In this document: one piece after another, positions 12,301 to 24,091 of the stretch
Layout of the letters: every line of letters starts with the position of its first letter
Numbering within the stretch: the stretch's first letter is position 1
Assembly: GCF_001194135.2 (NCBI RefSeq)
Contig: NC_068994.1
Span: 27,707,151 to 27,740,294 of the forward strand
DNA: 33,144 nt
DNA from: Octopus bimaculoides
Taxonomy: Eukaryota
Direction: 5' to 3'
Notes under the pieces: model-generated
Database searches by the model: none
Told to the model about the DNA's origin: nothing
What the model saw: only the letters and a program-made list of their open reading frames with translations
Program-made: the position numbers and the translations under genes

Positions 12301-12523
12301 AAAAAGCGTTTATTATGTGTGTATGTGCATCCATAGATTTCTAATGAAATAATAGGCAGTGAAGAGAAGCCGTCATAAGAAAACTTTTAACTACCTCTAT
12401 TCCTTTCTCCCCCTCTCTCTACCTCTTCCTCTCTCGCTCTCTCAAACGCATACACGTGCAAGTACACAATCATTCAGTAAAATATAACTCATGTTCATCA
12501 ATGTTTTGTAAATATACCATGAT

Positions 12524-13293
12524 NNNNNNNNNNNNNNNNNNNNNNNNNNNNNNNNNNNNNNNNNNNNNNNNNNNNNNNNNNNNNNNNNNNNNNNNNNNNN
12601 NNNNNNNNNNNNNNNNNNNNNNNNNNNNNNNNNNNNNNNNNNNNNNNNNNNNNNNNNNNNNNNNNNNNNNNNNNNNNNNNNNNNNNNNNNNNNNNNNNNN
12701 NNNNNNNNNNNNNNNNNNNNNNNNNNNNNNNNNNNNNNNNNNNNNNNNNNNNNNNNNNNNNNNNNNNNNNNNNNNNNNNNNNNNNNNNNNNNNNNNNNNN
12801 NNNNNNNNNNNNNNNNNNNNNNNNNNNNNNNNNNNNNNNNNNNNNNNNNNNNNNNNNNNNNNNNNNNNNNNNNNNNNNNNNNNNNNNNNNNNNNNNNNNN
12901 NNNNNNNNNNNNNNNNNNNNNNNNNNNNNNNNNNNNNNNNNNNNNNNNNNNNNNNNNNNNNNNNNNNNNNNNNNNNNNNNNNNNNNNNNNNNNNNNNNNN
13001 NNNNNNNNNNNNNNNNNNNNNNNNNNNNNNNNNNNNNNNNNNNNNNNNNNNNNNNNNNNNNNNNNNNNNNNNNNNNNNNNNNNNNNNNNNNNNNNNNNNN
13101 NNNNNNNNNNNNNNNNNNNNNNNNNNNNNNNNNNNNNNNNNNNNNNNNNNNNNNNNNNNNNNNNNNNNNNNNNNNNNNNNNNNNNNNNNNNNNNNNNNNN
13201 NNNNNNNNNNNNNNNNNNNNNNNNNNNNNNNNNNNNNNNNNNNNNNNNNNNNNNNNNNNNNNNNNNNNNNNNNNNNNNNNNNNNNNNNNNNNN
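12524..13293. other. Assembly gap (N run); others at 5856-6052, 6619-6718, 25085-25416, 28520-28600, 31004-31013, 32144-32169
   Basis: Runs of N, mostly adjacent to microsatellites. Confidence 1.
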
Positions 13294-13360
<67 letters not shown>

Positions 13361-13651
13361 ATACATTACTTGTTTGCAATGAAGCGATAAGGTGTTACTC
13401 AGGCACTCAACTATGAGTGCATCTTATGGTGGAAACAGCTGTAAGCTTATAATAAAGTTCATAAGATAATTGTTTATTCCTTTGTCATCTAATTTTCATA
13501 TATATATGTATATATACATAAATGTCAAACGATGAAAATGAGTACTCAACACTGCATTGGTGGATATAATTTCTTTAGTTGTGAGTTAAGGTTATCTTTG
13601 GTTTCTTGTTAAGAAAAGTAAGAATGTATCCTAGTGTCTTAACAATTTTTT

Positions 13652-14625
13652 GAGGCACAACAGTGAGGTAAGAAGTTTGCTTCCCAATCACTTGGTCTTG
13701 AGTTCAGTCCCTCTCAGGCAAGTGTTGTTCACTATAGCCCTAGGTCAGCCAAAATCTTTGGATTTGGTTGGTGGAAACTGAAAGAAGCCTGGGATCTTTC
13801 TGAATTGACGGGCACCACTTGTTTTCCTAATGAAACACTTTCAAACTTGGGATACTGGTAGAATGCATCATATAAAACATCTTTTTCTCTTAGCCTTCTT
13901 AACAAAAATTTTTATATTGCAAGTTATTTCATGTTAAAGTTGTCGTATTTCTGTAATTTCAACCAATCACTGACGTCTATTCAGCTGAAAACAGTTACTG
14001 CTGTTTTTGTAAAAATAATTTTTGCCGGTGTCAAGGTCGATATTCCCTGGTAATTATATTGTTATTCCCTAGTAAGGGTTTAGGGTTTTAGAGTTAGGGT
14101 TAGGGTTAGGGTTATGAATTAGGTTATGGCAAAAATAATCATAACCCTAACCCTAACCCTAACTCTAAAACCTGAACCCTAACCCTAAAACCCTAAAGCT
14201 AAAACTAGTACAAACACACGAACGATGTTATAAATAACTGTACCGCTGATAGTTGTTGTTGACAAACAACGGCACTAATTTTATTCAAGGGAAAAGATCC
14301 CATTACACCGCACAACGTGTGGTGTTCACAATTCACAGCAGTAATTGTTTTCACCTCAATAGACGTCAGTGATTGGTTGAAATTACCGAAATACGACAAT
14401 TTTTTACATGAAATAACTTTGAATACAAAAATTTTTATCTGTTCTATAACACAAAATATACAAGTATACAAAGTTTGAAAGTGTTTCGGTACCAAAAACA
14501 CTACATAAAACATAAATGAAAAGTGGTGCCCATCAATTCAGAAAGATCCGAAGCCTGTTGTATTTGTTTATATATATATAAGTATGTGTGTGTCCTTGTA
14601 TCTTTGTTTCCCACTACTGTTTGGA
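13652..14625 (+). mobile_element. tRNA-type SINE split by the MITE at 13792-14549
   Basis: Head gtttgcttcccaatcac...ttcagtccc and 3' end ggaaactgaaagaagcctg | ttgtat... rejoin seamlessly when the MITE and one TSD are removed. Confidence 0.75.
13792..14549. mobile_element. Foldback MITE, copy 2, with head-to-head (TTAGGG)n/(CCCTAA)n core
   Basis: TIRs GGATCTTTCTGAATTGACGGGCACCACTT / AAGTGGTGCCCATCAATTCAGAAAGATCC. Perfect 8-bp TSD GAAGCCTG (13784-13791, 14550-14557). Arms homologous to copy 1. Confidence 0.92.
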
Positions 14626-14687
14626 GAAACATTATCTCACTTGGAAACAGGTGAGGTTTGGTGTTAAGAATATACATATACATATAC

Positions 14688-14727
<40 letters not shown>

Positions 14728-15129
14728 AAACAGTGTGCATTTCCATTGTTGGTGGGATCAGCAGAAAAATACTTCATCTAGCAGGAGATAAATCTCCTTT
14801 ATTAAATTCAGGCTTTAAAAGTTCTGATAGTACAATAGTCTGAGAGCTTGTTCAGCATGTTGTGTACCTTCTTGCAATTTATTACAATAGTCGGCTGAGC
14901 TTGTGTAGCATGGTGTGTACTATCTGGCAGTATTTCTGGCTCAAAATGAAACATTGCTGCTCTCTGAAAAAAAACAAGGAAGAATGAGTCAAAAATGGAA
15001 ATGAGAAAAGGAAGAAAGACAAGAATTGTGTACCTTTGGTCTGTTAGAATGTTTGCAAAACTGTATGCTTAATCTTGAGATGATGGTGTTCAATAATAGA
15101 AACTTGTCGAGATGCTTGCATTTTGTGAA

Positions 15130-15640
15130 AATTTCAGATCTAGAATTCAATAGGTCAGTGGAGTTCTTTGATTTAAAGAGGATATGAGTTCTTTCACCTA
15201 TACAAAGCCTGCACCTCCAAAGTATAGTGTGGGTTGTTCCATGTTGCCCACTTCATGGTGTGTGGTAGGTATTTTTAGTTTTCAAGTCCTAGATATAGCT
15301 AGCTAACTGAGTAGAGTTTTCTTCATGTGTATGTGCCAGAAAGAAGACTGTTGGTTATACATTTTGTTTTGAGTTTGTAGAACTGAGGTGACCTCAACTT
15401 CATATACTTTTGAGCTAACCATGCATGCCTGGTCAAGTGGGCAGGTATTTGGGTTTCTGAAGTGGGCACTTGATGTGACTTATATTTAATAATATTCTTC
15501 ATGTTAGGGCAGCAGCTGTAAGAAACTTTCATTGAACGTCTGTTAAAAATTTTCTTATATCTATAGCTACATGGGAAATACTTATTTATCAAGGCTAGGA
15601 ATTTTCTATCTATGTTTATCTTACTATTCAATGACACAGC
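15130..15640 (-). mobile_element. Second Naiad-like PLE fragment (post-RT/EN region)
   Basis: ORF 15323-15649 (INIDRKFLALINKYFP..YKKIFNRRSMKVSYSCCPNMKNII) parallels the 10081-10845 ORF (IFLKLRDKHF..YRPIFNRHNIRVLFNCISNIKRI). A CRLC motif lies downstream in another frame. Confidence 0.65.
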
Positions 15641-15816
15641 CAAGAGCAAACTATATAATCTTCCTAGGTCTATTTTTAAGCTTTGTACTTTATATGGTAA
15701 AGATGCAAGCTTTCTTCTTCATGCCACTGTTATCCAAGGTTGTTATTATAGTAGGAAGCTGCCTTATTGAATATTCCCTTAGAGGAAGAGAGATAAAATA
15801 ATCTATTACTAACATT

Positions 15817-15864
<48 letters not shown>

Positions 15865-17022
15865 TTATATATATCTGGGTTTGTATGATTGTGTATAGAC
15901 GAATATATTAATCAATAGAATTCCAACTAAGTCTGATTTTCACATTTTATTATTTGCGCTTTTTACAATATTGAAATAAGCCAATATTTTCATGCATTAT
16001 GCAATCATCAGGTTTATGTAGTGAGTCATGTTCCACAAATTGTGAGACAGTTTCTGTTTACCAAATGCCTCTTATAAGATATTGATGAATTGAAGGCTAT
16101 GGAATAAGACACATTTGTAAAGTAGTATTGATTGGAACCTAATAGTTGCAGGATGAACAACTTCTTAACTAAACACAGCCACACCTGAAGACGTTTTGGC
16201 TATTTATGGAACGTTTAGAAATGCCTCATTTATTTTACTTCCATGATATTCCTCTTTTTATAAAACTGAAAGCTTTTATACTAGACCAAAGTAATGGGTT
16301 TTGATGTTGTTTAGCCTCCAAGTCAACCTGATCCAGCAGAGTTCCAGCTATACTCATGCTTTTTTTTTTTTTTTTGTAGACAATGTAGCTAGAGTTACAT
16401 TAGAATTACATTATACAGTGTATTCTTTTTTAGTAAAACAGCAGAGTATGACTTCAGAATATTTGGTTGTTTTTTATAGCAAGTTAAGTGATCACTTAGA
16501 GATCTTGTTCAAGAATTCTTTTGACAATATGAGGCAGTGTCATCTAGAAGTATCTTCCTTTTACAATATTTAAAGAATGAAGGTATTCAATAATGAAGTT
16601 GACTGGATTCATGCCATAGTGCCAACTTGTCAGGAGTGTCTTCTCATAAGGTTCTGCAGTAATCTTGAAAGGTCATTTTAGGAGTAGAATATCTCTTTTG
16701 CAATCTTTCATATTCTTTCAATGGGTTGACTACAAAGTAAAACTTGACATACATGGATGGTTAGGAGGGAGGTGGAGTGGGGTGGAATGCTGGACATAGT
16801 TTTGTATGGAAAGAATTGGTTTTCTATAGAAGAAGACATTTATCCAAGATGTCCCACTGTGATTGTACACTGAACTTCTTAAACACTTCCTGCCAGCAAT
16901 TTGAAGACTTCAGGATGCTGCTGATAATATATCATCTCTTCATTGCTGGGTTTTCATCAACATTTCATGTAAAATTTTATGTTAATATGATTGCAGGAAG
17001 AAGACATATCCAGAAAATAACC

Positions 17023-17788
17023 ATGGCAGTGAACTCCAGAGAGAAAACTATAACCTGGAATGAAATCGACAAACTTCTATATTTCTTTTATGAAGAAACG
17101 ACATCTTTAATTCCTGATCTTTGGGAACAAAAGTCAAAATCAAATAATGAGGTGTCTCTTACTCATTGTTTCTATTTGGGATTGAGTCAATTATTAGCAA
17201 AAATCCATTCCAAACATGTAAAAATTGATTCCAATCAAGATGATGACCACCTTAATAACATTCTGTCTGATATCATTGGTAATTTCCCTGAAGTAAAAGT
17301 CAGTATTATGGCACAAGATAATAATATTCTACTCGAGAGTTTAGTTAAGGAACAACTTGACCTTTGTGAGAATTTTGTTCATTTACAATTATCCGGAGTA
17401 GGACCTCCAAGATTTCAACCTGAGGCTTTCACACAAATATCAGGTGCTTCAGGCAATGACATTTTAAACATTAATGAGCAAGACCAAGTTGTTGCATCTT
17501 TCCATCTACCATGCAAGCTGAAACTGGACATTTATTCTGAAAATGTAAATATGTGTGATGTTGGTGCTGTCATAACAGTTCAGAATCATGGAAACTACAA
17601 TGAAGATGTGATGGCAGTGTGCAATAACGACTCAAAGTACTTACTCTGTGTCAAAGAACCAAGTAGAGACATCTATTCTGGTGATCAAAATAGCATCCAA
17701 AAATATGTTGCTAACATATTTTACCAATGTTTTGATAAAGCTGTGTATTTAAAGATTAAGTCAGTGGCCACCACATTGATTTTTACAG
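17023..17788 (+). CDS. Macrodomain-RING protein, coding exon A (N-terminal region + N-terminal part of a divergent macrodomain)
   Basis: Long open frame (16777-17805). Acceptor ttgcag| at 16996, ATG in ACCATGG context at 17023, donor ACAG|GTGAGT after 17788 (phase 1). Ends AVYLKIKSVATTLIFTG, like the macrodomain SIAFPAISTG motif. Upstream coding exons cannot be excluded. Confidence 0.8.
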
Positions 17789-19367
17789 GTGAGTCATTAT
17801 TTTGATTGTTTATTGAGTCTGTAAATTTACCATATCTTTTGGATTCAACATGAGCTAATGAGGGGTTCTGTACATGAGCATTTATTAGCTAGAAACAGCA
17901 GCCAAATCTTCCTCATCACACCCTGCTGTGTTAAGGAAGTGCTTTTAGAATAGTGCTGATGGATCTTCATTGATTTCAGCAATGAATGTTTTGTTTTTCA
18001 AACCGAACCTCCTACTCATTGAATTATAGTGAGTATTCCACAAACATACGTACTCTTAATATAATCATCAGAGTCAGTGTGACACTGTGTGACAAGGCTA
18101 ACTTTAATTGAGCAAACCAATGATTTAAAGCATTTCAACCATGACCATCCTCTCTTTTTTTTAAGCTATCTTGAAATACATTTTCTAATATATCCTATAA
18201 GATGGTACAGTGTGACTGGATGAAGATTTTGCTGCTATTTTTAGCAGGTCAAGTGAGCAACCACATATAATATTTCTTAACTAGAGTGCATGACCATTTT
18301 GTACAATATATTTTGAATCTATTTTAGGCTAATTCTTTGATTTGAATGATAATTTTTTTCTTACAGTTTTCCATCTATGCTAAAATAAATAAACCCAATT
18401 AAAATTTGTTCCAATTATATTTCCTTTTGTTTTGTTGAAATAAAAAATGTTTTTTTATTATTTTGTAATTTTTAATTAACCTGGTATTGTTATTTTAAAA
18501 ATAAAACAATACCTGATTATAATGGCTGTAGGTTCAATTATTTGATCAGATAACACACATTGCTCCCATCTATTTATCTGAAAAGGAGTACTGCCTCACA
18601 GACTATTTGCTCAAAATCTTGCAAAGACATGTTGATGTTTATCATACACTATATGGATGGTGGGAAGGATATGGTGCAAATTCACGTTCATGAAGAAGGA
18701 ATTTCAAGTAGAATTTTGAGAAATCCTGTTACAAAGTTTCTATTGTTAGAGTGGTGTGAGATAGCAGAAGATTCCCACTCTCTCAGGCTGAATTTTCTTG
18801 ATATTTTATGTGGAGTTGACATGTTCAGTGATGAGTTAATGACTCAGTGGATTGTAGGAGATATTGCTCAGTCTTGAGTTAATATAATTCGGTATTTTCT
18901 TTCATTATTTGTTGAGTCCAAAAGAAGCACTACCCATGTCCTTGGCAGGCTTTCCAAGATTTGTGAGGTTGATGCCACTAATGTTCTGTTGCAGGTCAAC
19001 TCCTGCAAGAAAGACAAAAACACAGAGAAAATCCTAAATGGAAGATATTCTAGAGGTATGAGACCATCTAGTTGTGAAGAACAGAGACCATTGTAGTAGT
19101 ATAAAGCAACAGTATACATAAAGAGTTGAATAATACAACAAAGTATACTGCACTGTGTCTGGTTTAATTACTCCTTAAATTTAAGTAACTAATTCATTAT
19201 TTAAATGTTTCTTCATCACAGAAATTATCTTTCATGTTGGTAAAGTTCTGTTTATGATAAAACCAGAGTGTTATGTGTGTTAGCATAGATAGCAAACAAA
19301 ACTGGCATGGAGAATGGCGTGAAAAATATCATAAAAACTTGTTAATTATTATATTTCTTCAATAAAG

Positions 19368-19551
19368 GTCAACTTGGCATCCCTATGGACACTGTTCTAT
19401 TCTCCATTGTACAAGCATTGAACCAGTTTATGGATAAACAAGTAACAGAGAGCTGTCTCAAGGAAATACACATTGTTGATTATTCTCCTGAAACTTGTAA
19501 AGTCATGGAACAGTTCCTCACTATATACTGGCCAAAGAAAATATCACCAAG
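19368..19551 (+). CDS. Macrodomain-RING protein, coding exon B (C-terminal part of macrodomain)
   Basis: 184-nt exon missed by the ORF track. Acceptor aataaag|, donor CCAAG|GTAAGA, phases 1 and 2 match both neighbours. Translates GQLGIPMDTVLFSIVQALNQFMDKQVTESCLKEIHIVDYSPETCKVMEQFL..., matching the macrodomain TGxxGxP...LKEIHIV pattern. Confidence 0.85.
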
Positions 19552-19570
19552 GTAAGAGAGTTATACAAGG

Positions 19571-20087
19571 TGTAGTAGTGTAGGTAGCTAAATAGTTGAA
19601 TGATTTCCCTTGCAAGAAAGATCATAGAGTAACCTCCCTTTCCTAAGTTTCTCGAAGCATCTGTGTCATGAAACATGATTCTTAATTATTCAAGAAGCTT
19701 AACAGTTCTCTTGGAAGGTTCTAGAATGTCTATCATTCTATTAATAAAAACAGCTTGCTAACCCAGCTTTTCACTTATTAATCGACTAGACTTAGAGCCA
19801 TTCACATCATTACTATGTCCGTCTATTTCTCTATGCCACATGACTGAAAACCACCACTTGGCTGTTATTTCTACATTTTCTATCTCTGAACTTTCTTGCA
19901 TAGATTACTTCATTCAACTAGATTCTGTAATTTGGTTCTATGTATCATCATCAACCAGTAAATAAGATATAATTTTATGTAGTAAATATATAGATCTTGA
20001 ATTTATTCTTTCATCTCTTTATAAATTCATGTATTAACATATATGAACCACATCAATACCTTGAACTGACTATATATTCCCACTCCA
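19571..20087 (+). repeat. Candidate 5' LTR of the intronic Gypsy element
   Basis: Begins TGTAG, ends ...CTCCA just before the PBS-like motif, contains AATAAA at 19743-19748. No second LTR in the window to confirm the ends. Confidence 0.5.
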
Positions 20088-22805
20088 TTAATTGGTGACC
20101 AACCGATGTGGACTCCGAATTCTACCCTGGAAAATAATCACAAACTAATTGGTTACCACCTGACATATTCAGTTATATTCTACTATTTTTCATGTCACAA
20201 TTTTCTTCAACTGAATTATTTTCAACTCAAACGATGATGCTATCTGCTATGGATCATCCTGTATCATCAATTTTCACAGGAGACATCACTGTCTAGTTTG
20301 CCCAGTTAGAAGCATTTTTCTCTTCAAACAAACATAATTCAGACCAACAGCAGCTCTACATTTTACTTAGCTCTATACCCCCATCATTAACTGGAGAATT
20401 GTAAGATATTATTACAGCTCCACCGGCAGATGCAGCGTATTCATCAATTAAAAATGAAATTTTAAGACGAACCTCACTCTCTTCTGTAAAGAAGTTTCAA
20501 AAACTTTTCAGTGATGAGCATTTAGGAGACAACATCATTGAAAATGCTCAGAAAAATGTGGCAGCTCACAGAGGACAATTGTGCTGAAAGTAAGTTGCTG
20601 AAACAACACTTTGTCTCCAGATTACCACAGTATGTTCAAGATATTCTCACCCATTTGACCGATGTTAGCACAGTCAACCAACTTGCAACATTGCCAGATA
20701 AAATTTTGGAGTATACAAAATCCACTCCAGAACAAAACAACTCTCCTTTCCCAGTTGCTACAGTTTCCTCTGAATTTAAAGAATTTCATGAATCTACACA
20801 GAGGACTATAGACAAGCTAGTCACAGAAGTTCAGCTCTTGCATATCAACAATTCAAAAAGTTCTTCACTATGTTGCTATCGTTGTTCTAATTCCCGTTCT
20901 CTTAGCAGATCAAAACCTTTCTGCTGGTATCATTATAAGTTTGGCTCTGCAGCTAAGGAATGTATTTCACCTTGTACATTTAAAACTCAGGAAAACTAAA
21001 AAGCCGAACTCTGAGTGTGACAGCAGTTCCAAGAAAATTTTCTCCTTACCGTGAGTTAACAAATTTAACTTTTGGTATTAATGCTTCAACTCATACAACT
21101 ACTCATCATATAACCACCAATGGATCTCCCGTTTTCTCGCGTCCTCGACAATTACCACCTGAAAAACTTAAAGCAGAGTTCAGTCACACACCTCAAAAAG
21201 TAGCTGATCCATTACCACTCCATTTAGTGAAAAAGAAATCTGGTGATTTTAGACCTACTGGTGACTATAGACAACTCAATGCTATTACCACTCCAGATAA
21301 GTATCTTATACTACATAATCAAGATTTTGCATCTTCTCTGCATGGTTGCAATATTTTCTCAAAAATAGATTTAATACAAGCATATTATCAGATTCCTGTA
21401 AGCCCAAATGATATTCCAAAAATGGCTATTGCAACTCCGTTTCGGTCATTTGAATTTCTTACCATGCCCTTTCATTTAAAAAATGCCACCAGTACTTTTC
21501 AGAAATAATACATGGATTAGATTTCGTCTCTGCCTATACTGATGATCTTCTCATCGCTAGTTCTTCCAAGAAAGAAAATGAGATTCATTTGAAGCAACTT
21601 TGCGAAAGGCTTTCTCAATACAAAATTCGTGTCAATGCTACCAAATGTATTTTCAGTGTGCCTTCTCTCACTTTCCTTGGACATACCATTGATAAGAATG
21701 GAATTAGACCTTTGCCAGAAAAGTTTGAAGCTATCGTAAAAATTCCAGTTCCTGTTTCATTAAGTCAGCTCAGGCAATTTCTTGGATTAGCTAATTTCTA
21801 TTGACACTTTATACCTCATTGTGCTGAAATTTTATACCCTCTCAACAAATTGCTGCAACACCACAAGAAGAAAACAGAAAGATCACTTTAACTTCTACTG
21901 AAATACAAGCTTTCAACAATATTAAACAGAAACTCTCTCATGTCTCCATGTTGGCTCACCCCATTCCTGAAGCTGAAATTTCTCTTGTAGTCAACATGTC
22001 CAAAATTGGCATTAGTGCAGTCATTCAACAACTCCACCATGGCGAATGGCAACCTCTGGTATTTTACTCTAAGCAGTTAAAACCAGCTGAAACTAAATAT
22101 AGCACACTCAGTCGTGAACTGTTAGCTATTTACCTCTCAGTTAAACACTTCCAACACATTTTAGAAGGGAGGAACTTCACAATATTTGTGGACAATAGGC
22201 CGTTATCTTTCGCTTTACACTGCAAACCAGATAAATTTTCCCCTGAGAGACATTCGGCATTTGGATTACATTTCACAATTCATGAGTGATATATGACACA
22301 TCCCAAGTTCTGAGAGCATTGTTGCAGATTCTTTATCCCGTTTACCTGTCAATGCATTATTTTCAACTGCAGAAATTAACTTGGATGAAATGTCTGAAGA
22401 TCAACCATCCATTGATTTGAATAATATACAGCAACCAGAACTAATTCCTTTTGACATCCAATTTTCCCCAGTTGCGACATCAAACAAACAGATCCTTTGC
22501 GATATTTCTTCTGGTAAACCTTGCCCTTTAGTTCCTGAAAAGCATCGCTGTGTCGTTTTCTCAGCACTACACAATATTTCACATCCAGGTATAACAGCAA
22601 CATTAAAGCTTATTTCTGCTCGTTTTGTTTGGCTGAACATGCGTCGAGACATAGCTAATTGGACTCGTACCTGTGTCGATTGTCAAAGATCCAAGGTACA
22701 TAAATATATTTGTGCACTGTTATGTACTTTCTCCACTCCAGATGCACTATTCCAGCACACACATGTTGATATAGTAGGACCTTGGCCTGTGAGTCAGGGC
22801 TACAT

Positions 22806-23255
22806 CATCATCATCATTGAACGTCTGTTTTCCATGCTAGCATGGGTTGGACGGTTTGACCGGGGTCTGGGAAGCCAGGAGGCTGCACCAGGCTCCAGTC
22901 CTATCTGGCAGTGTTTCTACAGCTGGATACCCTTCCTAACACCAACCACACTGTGAGTGTAGTGGGTGCTTTTTACATGCCACCAGCACAGGGGCCAGAG
23001 GAGGCTGGCAACAGCCATGATCAGTTAGTGGTTTTTACATGCCACTGGCACGGAAGCCAGTCAAAGCGGCGCTGGCATCGGCCAGGCTCGGATGGTGCCT
23101 TTAATGTGCCACTGGCACAGGTATCACAGCTACAATTTCCATTTGATTTTCATTTTGATGTTGATGTACTTGACTCAATAGGTCTCCTCAAGCACAGCAG
23201 GTCGCCCTATGATCCAAGGTACTTTTGAATGGGCAGGGGCTGGTTATGTGAAACT
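22806..23255 (-). mobile_element. RTE-tail SINE-like/5'-truncated non-LTR insertion inside the Gypsy integrase
   Basis: (CAT)n tail on + strand and 8-bp TSD GGCTACAT (22798-22805, 23256-23263). Removal restores integrase GPWPVSQGY|MFLLTCINHF. Homologous to 32827-33144. Confidence 0.85.
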
Positions 23256-24091
23256 GGCTACATGTTTTTATTAACCTGTATCAACCATTTTTCCTGCTGG
23301 TCAGAAGTCATTCCACTCACAGACATCTCTTCTTTAACTGTGGCACAAGCTTTAGTCACAGGATGGATTTCTTGTTTCAGAACACCCGTAAAAATAACAA
23401 CAGACTGCAGATGTCAATTTGAAGCTAAGCTTTTCCAGGAGCTTACCGAGATTTTAGGAAGTAAACACATCCATTCAACTAGTTACCACCCAGCTTCGAA
23501 TGATATGATCGAAAGATTTCATCAACAGCTTAAAGTTGTGTTGTGTGCTTCTGCTGATTCATATCAATGGATTGAATTTCTTGCTACTGTTCTCTTGGGT
23601 CTCTGCTCTTCTATCAAAGAAAATATTTGATATTCTCCTGCAGAATTACTTTATGGTTCTTCCTTGATGCTGCCTGGTCAGATGATTGTTCCTGCAAACA
23701 CACAAGATATTGACACTACAAGTTTCGTTGAACGCTTTCATGATTATTCGTCAAAGTTACTATATATGAACACCAGAAAACAAGATGTTACTTGATTTGT
23801 CATGGCATTATCTTAATTGATATTTACTTGATCCAGTTATCATTTAATTATAATCTTAAGAACAGTTCCAGAAATTTGATTAAAGAAATGTTTTTTCCTC
23901 ATCACATAAATATTATAGTATTATTAAATCATTCCATCGCCACTACTTTAATTATGATATCAGGAACTTGACATATCCTTTTGTGTAGATGGCAACCCTA
24001 GGTAATGTTCCTGAGTCACAGTAATGTTAATAGTGACAATAATGTTGATATTGTAATTAACACACATAAAGAAATTCCTTTTATTTTTCAG

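Larger units (their letters stand above)
19571..23795 (+). mobile_element. Ty3/Gypsy LTR retrotransposon in intron 2, decayed, no 3' LTR, protease apparently deleted
   Basis: Gag (FAQLEAFF...HLGD...CWYHYKFGSAAKEC), RT (FRPTGDYRQLN, FSKIDL, YTDDLL), RNase H (YSTLSRELLAIY), integrase (HNISHPG..CVDC, HVDIVGP, IERFHQQLK) in Gypsy order. PBS-like TGGTGACC at ~20093. Confidence 0.9.

Noticed and set aside
14073-14196. Ancestral telomere-telomere chromosome fusion or a true chromosome end
   Set aside because: The tracts are short, share a variant between arms, and lie within a TIR/TSD-bounded element.
16777-16996. N-terminal extension of the 342-aa ORF (MGWNAGHSF...)
   Set aside because: It lies upstream of a good splice acceptor at 16996 and a Kozak ATG at 17023, so it is probably intronic open frame.
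18560-19119. ORFs 18560-18877 (+) and 18868-19119 (-) in intron 1
   Set aside because: No recognisable domain. There is only a faint LINE-like LDGL motif, and exons A and B already join in phase without them.
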